NCBI GenBank assembly: GCA_030704615.1
Contig: CM060732.1
Coordinates: 7,812,001-7,876,000 of the forward strand
DNA length: 64,000 nt
Direction: 5' to 3'
Source of the DNA: Takakia lepidozioides
Taxonomy: Eukaryota; Plantae; Bryophyta
Shown: one piece after another, positions 41,051 through 53,569 of the stretch
Position numbering within the stretch: the first letter of the stretch is position 1
How the letters are laid out: each line of letters opens with the position of its first letter
Notes under the pieces: generated by a model
The model's database searches: none
Told to the model about the DNA's origin: nothing
What the model saw: only the letters and a program-made list of their open reading frames with translations
Position numbers and translations under genes: made by a program

Positions 41051-41694
41051 CCTTCCTCGCGTACGTTGATACCTTGCTATCGCAGACCTTCAGTGTAAAT
41101 CGGTTTACTGATGTCTCCAGAACACAGTTGAAGGTCAGAGTATCCCTAGGAGCAATGTCGGCAGCTGTTAAACTGTTAATCAGAACCTCATCAATAAACA
41201 CAATAACAAGCCGACTTCCTGGAAGCATGCCACAGGATCTGAGGGTGGGATTGCAGATTAAGTAAATGTATCTTTATACTACTACCAATGATCATGCGCA
41301 CCTGGAAAGTTCAAAATGTGAAACGAACGTGGGGTTGGCTAACAAGGATGACCGTGTATGATATCCCAAAATTTGTCATCAAACTCTCGTTCATTTACAT
41401 ATATTTGTCTAAGACTGTGCGCCAAGATTTATGGGATTCGCTGTTATTTTTAAATATTGAAACCGTTCTAATAAAGAACACGCCGTTTATTTTGGGCGAC
41501 ACACGTCAGACATCGATAACTGAATACGAACAGCTGTACACTAATTGCTGGCATGTGCACTAATAAGGGAACGACTATGTGTAACGGTCACGCGAGAGGG
41601 AATCCGATGCTTCTAGAGACAAACAACAACGCACGCAATCCCGCAAGAAATCGGTAGTCACTTCGTTTTTCTACTTTTCACGCTTAGAGGGAGA

Positions 41695-44600
41695 GTGGTA
41701 GTCAAGCTGGAGAGGGTTCCTTCTACAATACGAAAGAGAAGAAAGTCTCTTTATTTTACTTCCCTTAGAGAGAGACGCAAAGCAAGAGAGCAAATGACGA
41801 GGCGTCGTTTGTTGGAGAACACAGGGCCAAGGCAGCAGGTGAACGCGGAGACTGATTCACAAGAGCAGACCGAGACTGAGGCAGCGGCTGTGACACAGTC
41901 GGCGATAACAGTGCGCGTTGGAAACCAGCCTGTGGATGCAGAGATGACTCGCAGGGAAACTGAAGGAGGTGGAAGTACGAGGAACGCTGAACCGGGAGAA
42001 GGTCCATAAACCCTAGAGCAGACAGAAATTCTAGCAGATGTGGGAGGGAAGAGGAAAGCTGCAGAAGGGGATCCAATTTCAAAACCTAAGAAGGCGCCAG
42101 TAAGTTTTCTCTAACTTACATTTCATTGTTGAAGATCTGCGTACAGATTGAGTGGAATGTCCCAGAAAGGGATTGTCGCTACCGACCATCACCATGAAAC
42201 AACAGTGATTTGCTTTCTACTCCTCTGTTAAGGGTTTACAGCACAATGAGTGGGTGACTGATGGTACCGTCATTCACTGTTGTTCAGATCATACAGTCTG
42301 TCTGATTGCCTTTCAAGCAGTCCTTCCTCTTCCCTTCTTTAGCAGGAACATGTGATTGAAGTCTACTGAATTGCGAGCGTCGTTAATGCCATTCGATTCT
42401 CCTCATGAGATTTATGTACCTATGTGTTTGAAGAGAGAGTGAGGGTCGGCATATTCAGTCATAATGTATTGCAATGCATTTTCTTTGTATGAGGTTGAAC
42501 AGATAGAGAAGTGGAAAGGCGGTACCGCCAATCAAAGATTTGAAGACCATACTGTAGATTCAGGTAGAGTATCGATTGGAAAGTACTCTCGACATAGACA
42601 AGAAACCGTGAATGTTTGCGACGGTAATCACAATGGAGTCCATCTGAATAATCTGCACTTACTGTCCGCCCTAAACTATACTGAATGTCGTTGTCGCCAA
42701 TCACTTACATATATATGTCATTGCACAACACCGATCCGGCAGGTCCTTGTCTTTTGTGATTGTCGTTAACGCCGTTCGCTCTCACTCTCGCTTTTGTTTT
42801 GAATTTGGCAGGATCAACTTTGCTTGTGTAGATGGTTCTGAATTTGTTTCACACCATTCATTGTGAGTTTCGTTGAGACAGAGTGATGGTCATTACCGCC
42901 GTTCACTATTTGCACACTACTCAGTCAGATCTGAATGGCATCGTGCAGAAAACTGTGAGGTCCAAGCCTACAGGATCAGAGGGGAAAGGATCTGGAGATG
43001 GGGACGAGTCTGGAAAAAGCTCAGAGAATAACGATGAAGCAGATGAATCTGAAGTGCACTACCTTGAAGGTGAAAGAACTCATGTCATTCCAGAAGGTAA
43101 ACTCTCAGGAGGTTATAAGGGACATGCTCGTATCTGGAGGGCGTCTGGACATCCCTCTATGCCAGATGATATCTATGCCTGTTGTGCGTCCACCTCTTTC
43201 CCATGACATAACAAAATTGGAGAGTGATTTCGTGTATGGATACAAACTTGGTGCACAAGTTTTTTATGTGTCACTGACGGATATAAATGGGAAAAGCACA
43301 TTAGTGTCTCCAGAGATCAGTGATACCTGAGATGAGTGCTAGAAAGATGCTAATGAGGAGTTCAAGCTGGGCCTCATGATGGGAAAGAACACCCAGCAAT
43401 TCTGCAACCACATGTTCTACGTTTGGGACGGCAACCACCGATTGCTGGCATGGATGGGATACATCCAGAAACACCATGCGAAAGACAAAGACAAGCATGT
43501 TGTTGTGGAGGCAATGGTTTTGGATCCAGGAAACGACATTGCTGGGCTTCTTACAGCTATGCACGACGTGAACAAGTAAATCATCCTAGAGACTTCATTC
43601 CTTCTGTAGGGTCTTGTTAATCCCAAAAAAACAGTGTTAAGGAATGCAATGTTTCCAATGTTTTTGCAGATCGACAGAGAAATCGCATGTGACAACAAGC
43701 TTGGTCCACACACTATTCCGAATTCAGAGGATTGGTCTGATGAAGCTGGATGATTTTCGGACACTACTCCCCCCCAATATAATCAAGAAGTGCGAAATAG
43801 GAAGAGCTGCAGGAACTTGGTATTCTTTGACTCGAGAGGCGTTTCTGGAGTACATGTATGCGGTAAGCCCGAGTCTGTACTCAGTTTACTTTTTGAATAC
43901 ATGTTTGTAGTCCCTTCAGTGCTAATCACTATTTGAATCAATGCAGCAAGAACTGGCAGAGGCAGCTGAGAAGGGAAAATCCGAATATTACCGCACTACA
44001 CCAGAGGAACTAAGGACATCAAAGGGTGTGGAAGCAGCAATAAAAAGGAGTTTGAAATGCGAAGAACCAAATTGATGTCCGCCTTCGGAAAGCAGCTTAG
44101 AATAGTAGATCCTGGACTTGGTTCTGAGTTCCTTCAGCAGATCAAATCTCACTATGACAAGCATGTGCATCCGGAGATGCAGCAGGAGAAATTGCACCGG
44201 CTGGCCATATCCATGGTCGACCCACAAACAAAAATAAGGTGGCTGGAGATATGGAACTCAGATCAGACAGTAAAGGACTTGAATCATTTCCCAAAGAGCA
44301 CCATACAGCCTGACACAAAGGTGGAAGGAATCAGTGATTTGGTGTTTGATAACTGGCTCCACAAGGCTACATTTTGGAGTCAGGTGTGTATTCAAATAAG
44401 CTGTTTTCTTTTCTTCAATTATGTGATGAGTATCTTATTTGCAATATTGACAAATATACAATTTGCAGCTCGAAAAGCGCGCCGTCATTGTGCTGGATCA
44501 GACTTTGAAGGACTTGAACATTTCAATTGTTTCCCCTCCCCAAATGTCATTGGAGGCATACATAAGGAAGTGGAGAGGTCTCACCTGGAGATACTGTTTT

Positions 44601-47310
44601 TTCCAGGAGTTCTCCAAAGATGGTAACATTTTACAGTCCAACGACTTTGACAGTCAGGTTGGAGGAGAGTGGGCCATGATGCGAGTTGTGTACAGGTGTA
44701 ATATCATACTGGAAACTCTACTGCACTTTTTGGGAAATAATTTGGCTTCATAAGGATTGTAATCATAGATCCAAATTGAATGTCGTTGACGACATTCACT
44801 TCTTTGTCTGAGTCATTCTTAAGCAAGAATTTGAATTCACCTGGATTAGGAGCTTAGGGTGTAATTATAGTGTCCCTGATTAGAATTGATAATGTCCCTG
44901 AATGGCGTTGACAACATTCACATCCAGAGTTGTTGAGAGGTCCTCAGAGTTATGTAAGTTTTTGTAATGTCCATAGAGTTTACAGTGAGGGTTCCTCACT
45001 TGAGTTTGTTGAATGTCAATGCAGACATTAAGTTGTTCTGCATTGCTTTTGCCTCTTGCGAGAAATCTCGAGGCTTGATTAGCTGTGTTATTCGAGATCC
45101 AAAGTGAATGTCGTTGACGACATTCACTTCTATGTCTATGTCATTCACCAGCGACAGAATTTACATGGATTGGGAGCTAAGGGTGTATTAATTGGTTCCT
45201 TGTTCGTAATTTTTTGAATGGCGTTGACGCCATTCACATCCAGTGTTATTATGAGGTCCTCAGTGTTATGTTCGTTATGAATGTCCATTGAGTTTTTGGG
45301 GAGGGTTCCTTACTCGAGTTTCTGATTTCCATCCAATGATTTTGCCTCTTTTGAGAAATCATTAGGCTTGATTAGCAGTGTATTCACAAATCCAAAGTAA
45401 ATGTCGTTGACGACATTCACTTCTATGTCTGTGTCATTCGAAAGCGAGAGGTTGCATTCACGTGGATTAGGGTGTATTTACAATATCATTGAATGGAATG
45501 TTTTGAATGGCGTTGACGACATTCACATCCGGAGCTGTCGCATGGTCCTGAAAGGTCCTTGGAGCAGTTCTCAGAGCCATTTCATTCCATGTTTTTTTCA
45601 TTATGTGCTACTTGCATCTTACTCACTTCGCGCTTTGGTGGGTTGGGATTTATCTTCTGTTTAACAGGTACACGAAATATGTGCTTATGGAAGGAAATCA
45701 CCTGAGCGGTATTCCAGACTATCTTGACATGTGGTCGGACCCTGCAAACGATCCAACCATGTATACTGCAGGGATATTGAAGGACTGGAGTCCTTCTCAC
45801 TTCAGAGACTGTGGCTGGTACCTTGACTGCCCACCGGAGCACACGACCTTTCAAGAACAGCATATGAAATATTTGAACAATAATGCTGAGATGCTGGCGC
45901 CTCTGACTGACGAAGAGTACCAAAGAAACATAGCAACATTGGCTGCCAAGGAGCCTGATGCTCAGGGAACGCCGCAGAAGGGAAAGAAGGCGGGCCGCAA
46001 ACCAAAAGACAAGGCTCTTGATGTCATAGCCATCTCACCAGCAAAGCCAAAGGACAAAGACAAGTCCAAAGAGAAGGAAAAGGACAAGGGGAAGGAGTTT
46101 CTTTCCTTTTTCTCTGAAAGTTTCATTGGCAGTATTTCAGTCTGGTTCTTTGAAAACATTCTTGCCATCGTTCTTAAAAAAAACATGTCTGTTGCAGGTG
46201 AGCACAGGTCCCACCTTCGTGTGCGGTGTGCAGAAAACATATGCGGCTGACATTGTAATTCTCGACATCCCAGATGGCCAGGCTGTGCCACAAGTTCTTC
46301 CAAAGGGCAAGATGCCAGGCTGGAACAAATTTGAGGACAACTACTGGAGTTGGGTGTTCGGGTTCTGTAATAATTTCCTCTCTGATGCAGGGACACTTCT
46401 GCTTTTTCAGTCATGTGACAAAGATAGTCGTCGGGCATTGGCATCATACCTGAAGTCTTCAGGGTTTGAAGTTTTGTGCACATGGAATTGTGTGAACAGC
46501 CTCTACCTTGTGAAAGGGGGTTTCCCTGGTCAGCTGGTATGCCGTCTCCCTTCTGCTTGTGCTTTCATGATGAGTTTCAATGTTCTCTGCAGCTCCACTC
46601 TAGAAGAATTTGTCATGATCGACACTGATCATCACCGATTCGTGATAAAAATGATTGTTTTGTGCCTGAGTTCTGAATAGCCGATGTACACACTTCCACT
46701 ATAGATTGTGTTTACCACACTAACCTGCTATCTTTGGCAGACGAGGATGTTCGAGGCAATCTGCCTGCGGAGGATTCGCACCTCAAAGACACCATCCTCC
46801 ATCCGCAGCTTTGAGATTTCTGACCAAGGTTGTTTCGTCAACCCCCCCTATGAGCCGCATGTCGATGACATTTTGTACAACTTCATGCAGTCCTGTCAGA
46901 CTCTGAAGAGACCAGATGGCACTCCCTGGAGAGGTGCAAAGGAAAAATCCCCAGCGTTCATGCAAATACTGCTAGAGTCATGCAGCCACCACTCTGCACG
47001 GGTGGTCGATCTTTCTGTGTCCACATGTTCGTTCTTTCCCTTCCGAATTGATTTTCTTTCACCAGTTCCATCTGCTTAAATCCCCCCCACCAAATTGTTC
47101 ATGTCCTCCTGTCTGGTGCAGGAGCAACTTACCATGCATGCAAGGCAGGCGGAAGAAGTTTTTTTGGCATGGAGGGTGATTCTGACCTCTATAACACAGT
47201 GCTCCTCCCCTTTTTGTCTGGCTCCACTTCAGGCACACAGACTGATCGGATTCAAATTTGAAATGATGACGATCCCGAAGATAAGCAGGTCGACAACGAC
47301 TTTTCATGTG
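41695..47310 (+). pseudogene. Most complete ParB/Srx-like plus beta-class amino-methyltransferase cargo gene (about 9 exons), family B
   Basis: VRPPLSHDITKLESDF..FYVWDGNHRLLAW (43427); IVILDIPDG (46264); EKSPAFMQILLESCS..RVVDLSVST|ATYHACKAGGRSFFGMEGD; GT-AG introns; premature stops. Confidence 0.8.
44770..45530. repeat. Family B intronic array of GAATG(T/G)CG-TTGA-CG(A/C)CATTC palindromes
   Basis: Copies at 44778, 44900, 45106, 45216, 45399, 45505, arranged as three dimers of about 300-330 bp inside intron about 44697-45667. Confidence 0.85.
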
Positions 47311-48809
47311 AGTAAGTGTTAAACCCACTTTGGGAGTCATACTCAATTTCTCAATAACATCAAAGTTACAGTAATAACTTTTTCAGGCTGTCTTTCAGGA
47401 AAGGCAGCGGTGGATCTTCAGGAGATATAGTCATTTGTGGCGAGTCTGTTTTCGACATCCCCCTTTCCAATTTTCTGCTTCCTGATTATGCCGAAGCAAT
47501 GGCACTTCACGCGGCCGAGTCCCTATCCCCTGAATTTTTACTGCCCGGCCGTAGGTGTAGCCAGCGTAGATCCGGAGTTCTTAAATACTTAGACTTAGAT
47601 GCAGAGGAAGCGGGGATACATTGTACTGACTCTGAGTCAGACTGAACTATGTTCTTTTAATATTCTGTTTCATCCTCTTTGGAAAACGTTGAATCCTCTT
47701 CCTCCACCGTAGTTGTTCCTTTGGAAAGAAAAATAATCAAAGAATCAACTACCATTTAAATTGCAATATGTATGAATCCATCTCACAAACCTCCCTCACT
47801 CTTGTCATATCCATTGTGCTTTCATCTACAATGTATTCATGCGTGTTCCATTCATGAATGTTTTCCTTTGTTCAACATCCATTGTACATTCATCCTCTGT
47901 ACTCTTCAATCCACCCCACAAACCTACCACACTCATGTCATATACGTTGTGCATTCGTCTAAAGTTTTAGTCATGCATCTTCCTGTCATGATTGTTTTTC
48001 ATTGCTCAACATCCATTATACATTCATCCATTTGACTCTTATCCATCCCTCATTCATCCATCTACATTCATTTTTCACACTCATCCATCTGTTTATCATC
48101 CAACTGTACATTCATCCATCCTTTATTCATCTGTTGCTTTCAGGTGGGAATGACCACTGCCTTTTATTATGTCGTCCGCTTGTTTCCACGGTAAAGGGTG
48201 CCAATCCGCGGGAATACACTCCACTTCTTCCTGGGCGCGTGGTGACGCGGTCTTCAAGTGTGATGACATGGAGTGAGCCCCGTGATGTGGCATTGGCGCA
48301 AGGTGATGTGGCGTGAGCGCAGTTGCGCTCACGCGCTCACGTGACCAGGCTCACGCCGAGGCATCCCTGGCACAAACACCGACACTCCGGGAGACACCTC
48401 GCATGAGTGTGTGCAACATGACCATTGCCGACACAACCCTTTATACCGAATGACCCCATTGCGACGGTGACGGCGAAATGAAAACCGCAAGGTAGGCAGT
48501 ACAACACACGTGGACGCATATGTGAAGCATAACAATTATTGCGAATCTGCAAGTACTGCTCGAAATTGAACTAGCATTAGATTTCTACGGCACTTCCGAA
48601 TTTCAAAGAATGCAAGAAGGCTGCCATGTATTGGCAGGCGGCGAAGTACATGCAACGGATCTACTTTTTTTCCACCACTTTATTTCTTGGATAATACAAA
48701 GACGCCGAAATGGATGAATTCCGTTCGCACACAATGATGCCACCCGGATCCAAATACGGTTAACAATGTCCAATTTTTACTTTGGTTACATGCCATAGCA
48801 ACGCTTGTT

Positions 48810-51800
48810 GCAAACGTCAAACTAGAGAGCTCCAGAGGAGGTGTGGGGAGCCCTTGTTTCCACCGGAGGAGGAAGAGAAGGAAGTCGTTATACTTCATGA
48901 GCACTAGGGACAGGAATAGAGCCAGATATAGAATGAGGATGGAAAGAGTAGACGAAGAGGAAAAGGAGGATGAAGAGGGCAAAGAGGAAAGTCTGGCGAT
49001 GGAAGAGCAGGAATCTGGAGAAGAACAGCAGCCCGCCATACTTCCAAGAACAGGTGAGGAGGAGACTGAATCCGAGGGAGAGACGGATGCCAAAGATGAT
49101 ATTGATGCTGGCCTCAAGAAGAACAAGATAGTGGAAAAGAGGATGGGGGAGATGCTCCAGAACATGCTTGGCGTAGAGAGCAGTCTGAAGCGCAACAGGT
49201 CTCCGGCGATTGGGGAGTCTTCTGGAGCAGCCAAAGAAAAGGTACAATGTTTGAGACCGACCTTTGTGCTTCATTGGTGATGTGAACCCCAGTTGTGCTT
49301 GTATTTTGATATGAAAACCGCCTATACACGACATCTTTGGCAGGTTGAATCCACCCCGAATTGGAAGCTCAAACAGTGTGCGGCAACGCACACTGTTTGA
49401 ACCCCCCATTTTGATTGTTTTTTGATGTGCAAAACGGCCACATAGGGCCACTATGGCAGGTTCGATCCACCCCGAATTGGAAACTCAAATAGTGTGCGGC
49501 ACCGCACACTGTTTGAGCCCCCCATTTTGCTTGTTTTTTCATGTTCAAAACGGCCACATAGGGCCACTATGGCAGGTTCCATCCACCCCGAATTGAAAGC
49601 TCAAACAGTGTGCGGCAACGCACACTGTTTGAGCCCCCCATTTTGCTTGTTTTTTCAAGTTCAAAATGGCCACATAGGGCCACTATGGCAGGTTCAATCC
49701 ACCTTGAATTGGAAGCTCAAACAGTGTACATCAACGCACACTGTTTGAGCCCCCCTTGTGCCTTGTTTTTTGGTGTGGAAATGGTGCACACAGGGGCCTC
49801 TCTATCTGGTTCAATCCACCCCTAGTTCGAAGCTCAAACAGTGTGTGCCAACGCACACTGTTCGAGCCCCCCTTCTCACTGCTTTTTTCATAATAAAATC
49901 GTCCAGACAGGGTATCTCTATGAGGTTCAATCAACAATTTCCTGGCAGCTCCAGCAGTGTGCGTCAACGCACACTGTTTGAGCCCACCTTGTCATTGTTT
50001 TTTTCATGTGAAAATCGGCCACATAGGGCCAGTCATGCAGGTTCAATGCACACTTACCTGGCAGCTCAAACAGTGTGCGTCAACGCACACTGTTTGAGCC
50101 CACCTTGTCATTGTTTTTCTCATGTGAAAATCGGTCACATAGGGCAAGTCTGCCAGGTTCAATGCACACTTACCTGGCAGCTCAAACAGTGTGCGTCAAC
50201 GCACACTGTTTGATCCCACCTTGTCATTGTTTTTTTCATGTGAAAATCGGCCACATAGGGCCACTCAGGCAGGTTCAATCCACCCCAAATTGGAAGCTCA
50301 AACAGTGTGTGGCACCGCACACTGTTTGAGCCCCCCATTTTGCTTGTTTTTTCATGTTCAAAACGGCCACATAGGGCCACTCTGGCAGGTTCAATCCACC
50401 CCGAATTGGAAGCTCAAACAGCGTGCGTCAACGCACACCGTTTGAGCCCCCCTTGTGCCTTGTTTTTTGGTGTGGAAATGGTGCACACATGGGCCTCTCT
50501 GTCTGGTTCAATCCACCCCTAATTTGAAGCTCAAACAGTGTGCGCCAACGCACACTGTTTGAGCCCCCCTTCTCATTGTTTTTTTCATAATAAAATCGTC
50601 CAGACAGGGTATCTCTGTGAGGTTCAATGAACAATTTCCTGGTAGCTCAAACAGTGTGCGCCAACGCACACTGTTTGAGCCCCCCTTCTCATTGTTTTTT
50701 TTAGAATAAAATTATCCAGACAGGGTAACTCTGTGAGGTTCAATCCACACTAACCTGGGCATTCTTAGGGAAGATGTTTCACGTTTGGGATGGCAACCAC
50801 CGGTTGCTTGCATGGATGGCTGTCATTGGGAGGCTACACTCACAGGAGGAAGAGTGGCATTACTCTGTTCGATCGATGGTGCTGGATTGTGACGGGAACA
50901 TGATGGGTCTTCTGACGGCAATGAATGATGTGAATAGGTTGGTTTCTCATTCTATATGTTCCACTTGTGGTTCCGTGGTTCTTTGGTTCCTGTCCTTTGT
51001 TGACGGTCCTTGAATTTCATTCTGACTTTCACACATCATTCTGTAGAGGGATGGAGACATCGCATGTCAAAACGAGTCTGGTTCAGACACTGTACAAGAT
51101 ACAAAGGATCGGGCAGATGCCCTTGACCAACTTCAAGACCATCCTTTCAGCAGAGACGTACACGAAGTGCGAAAGCTCAAAGACATCAGAAACGTGGTAC
51201 TCGTTGACCCGTGAGGCTTTCATGGAGTATATGTACGCGGTGAGATACATCTTTCATCATCTGGCCTTTCGATATTCCTGCTTCCACATATTTGTTTCTG
51301 TTTGTTTCCCTTGCCCTTGGGTTGATGCAACTCTCGTGCATTCCCTTGCAGCAAGACATTGCAGATGCTGGAGAGCGTGGCAAACTGGAATACTACAGCT
51401 CTACCCCTGAGGAGAGAAGGACAGCAAAGGGCGTTGAGAGTCACATCCAGAAGGAGATGACCGCCACAAGAAGGACTATTATGAGTGCTTTTGTGAAACA
51501 ACTGAGAATTGCAAACCCAACCTTCGGACCAGAGTTCCGGGAGAACGAACAAGGGGGTGGTTGATCCCAAGGACCTGTACCATGCAGTGGAGCATCCCAC
51601 GAGGGTCATTCGCCCTACCAGGTTGGAGATGGCCAACGTCGGGTTCCTTGCCATGATGGAGTCCAAGAAATCTGATTACAAGGGCGAACCATCACCAGTG
51701 TGGGAGAGGATTGTGGAGTTCCTCAGCACGGTGCGTGTTGTCTTTTGCTTCTTGTCTGTTGTGTGCATGGATCGTTTCAATCCTCTTGAGCATTCCATTG

Positions 51801-52863
51801 CATGCTTGTTTGCAGGCTAAAATGACCAAATCATGGGTGAACGGGAAGGAGAAGCCATATGTAGCCGAACTCATCATCTTGGACATCCCTGATGGGTTGC
51901 CAGTCCCGGATGTCCCTCCATCGGGTGCTTGTCCAGGTTGGAATGCTTTTGATGAGCGCTACTGGCGGTGGATTTTCTCATTTTGCAATTTCTTTCTGTC
52001 CGATACAGGTGTTTTGGTGCTCATCCAGTCCATCGACCTTCGCTGTCGCCGTGCACTTGTCAGCTATTTGAAAGCCTCCGGTATGAGGGTCGTGAAGACA
52101 TGGAATTGTGTGAACAGCATGTACCTAACGAAGGGGGATCGTCCCGGAGAGATGGTAAATCTGCCTTCTTATTCCTCTTCTTGGTGGTTCTCGGATGGAG
52201 TTGCATAAGTCGCTCAAATGAATATGTAGGGGACTGGTTTTCAAGCTTCTTAGTTCCTTGTGTATGTCCTATTCGCAGACTCGTTTGTTTGAAGCTGTTT
52301 GTCTCGTCCGAGTGCATCCACCTACGATTCCAGCCGTCATTAGGGAGTTTGCCATCACTCATGGGGGCAAGTTCATAGACGAGAGGACAGATCCTCCCAC
52401 GGATGACATGCACAACTACGTGGACAACAACGTGTACTTGCGAAGGGGGAATGGGGTTCCTTGGAGAGGGGCCAGGGAGAGGAGCCCGGCTTTCATTCAG
52501 ACGATTATGGAGTGCTGCACCTACACAGACGCCAGAGTTCTGGATTTGTCAATGGGCACAGGTTCGTCTCTTCAACATTCACATTTCATGAGGTTTGTTT
52601 GACCTTGCACTTTCAGCTCTTCCCACCGTTCCAAATGTGTCTTCAATGTCTGTTTCCTTCATTGTATTCCATTGCAGGTGCCTCCTACCACGCTTGCAAG
52701 GCCGGTGCGCGACATCTCTTTGGGATTGAAGGGGATGCCAAGATTTACAAGAACCTCCTGATGGTTTTGGGTGGACACACTTCTCAAGTCCTTCCGAAGC
52801 CCCTACCCGCTGATATTGATACAGGGGAGACTTCCGACAAGGAGCTGGATGACGACTTTGCCT
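48810..52863 (+). pseudogene. ParB-methyltransferase cargo gene, family A, internally deleted
   Basis: RKRRKSLYF exon; MFHVWDGNHRLLAW (50789); LIILDIPDG (51882); ERSPAFIQTIMECCT..RVLDLSMGTG|ASYHACKAGARHLFGIEGD across intron 52562-52677. Confidence 0.8.
49330..50750. repeat. Family A array: about 12 units of 116 bp, each centred on GCTCAAACAGTGTGCG-NCAA-CGCACACTGTTTGAGC
   Basis: Palindrome recurs at 49371, 49487, 49603 ... 50649. Confidence 0.95.
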
Positions 52864-53164
52864 GTGAGTAAGTTCAACCTGTGGATGCTTGCATTGTTGT
52901 TTCAATACTCAGAATCACTGTTCTTAAGGCAAAGTGCATATAGGAGATATCCTCTTCGTTGGACTTGTGCATTGCATCATTGTGTTCAAAATTGGTTTTT
53001 GTCCACTTGTGCAGGAGTCCGCGTGCTTCCACTGACCCTCCAGGGCTATCACACCTTTTTGGACTTCTTTCAAGTCCTCCTCAGTCTTACGTCCTACCTG
53101 TCCATGCGGAGGCACTCGCAGCAAGCATGTCCATTCATGGCACTCGCAGTCCAACCATCGACGG

Positions 53165-53314
53165 GAGGTTAGCTATTTCATGAGCATGAGCGGCATGAGC
53201 GGCATGAGCGGAGTAGCAAGACAATCGGTTTTTCCAGACACATCCAGACCAGTGCATGTTGGGACTTAGCCAGTTTTCGGCCCAAAATAGAGAAATTCGG
53301 CGCCATTTTTCCAG
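53165..53314 (+). mobile_element. Terminus of a non-autonomous family C MULE inserted into family A
   Basis: GAGGTTAGCTATTTCATGAGC with CATGAGCGG repeats and one array unit; preceded by TSD CCATCGACGG (53155-53164). Confidence 0.75.
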
Positions 53315-53488
53315 AAATGGCCCCATAACTGCTTCTGTTGGATCTCAGTTTGAATGGAATATTGCCTCATTCCAGGAGTTTTGGGGTGCATTTCATTACA
53401 CTGCAAAAAAAAATCTGATACATGAAAATGCAATTGAAAATATCCATATGGAGGATTCCCTTTGCCCCATCAATGATTTCTGGAATCC

Positions 53489-53568
53489 CTAAGGAGGAGT
53501 TTGTGCAGCTCGTTCACGCTCAACGCTGATGCGTTGAGCGTGAACGAGCTGCACAAACTCCTCCTTAG
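53489..53568. repeat. Perfect 38-bp inverted repeat with a 4-nt loop
   Basis: CTAAGGAGGAGTTTGTGCAGCTCGTTCACGCTCAACGC-TGAT-reverse complement. Confidence 0.97.
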
Positions 53569-53569
53569 T

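Larger units (their letters stand above)
37382..48211. mobile_element. MULE family B (about 10.8 kb) nested between the two genes of family A
   Basis: Imperfect TIRs CCGAGGATGGTCCTATGACCGTGGAA and rc CCGCGGATTGGCACCCTTTACCGTGGAA; same two-gene layout; no clear TSD. Confidence 0.7.
32875..53154. mobile_element. MULE family A, about 10 kb without nested inserts; its other end lies inverted at 56731-57261
   Basis: Termini share GTGAGCCCAG..CGTGAGCCTG; 9-10 bp TSD TTTGACATG (rc 32865-32873) versus TTGGACATG (56722-56730); carries transposase (-) and cargo gene (+). Confidence 0.8.

Noticed and set aside
41695-47310. Bacterial contamination as the source of the ParB-MTase
   Set aside because: The gene has multiple conserved GT-AG introns and lies within eukaryotic TEs
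49330-50750. CRISPR-like appearance (palindromic repeats at regular spacing)
   Set aside because: Intervening sequences are themselves repeated rather than unique spacers; no cas genes; eukaryotic context
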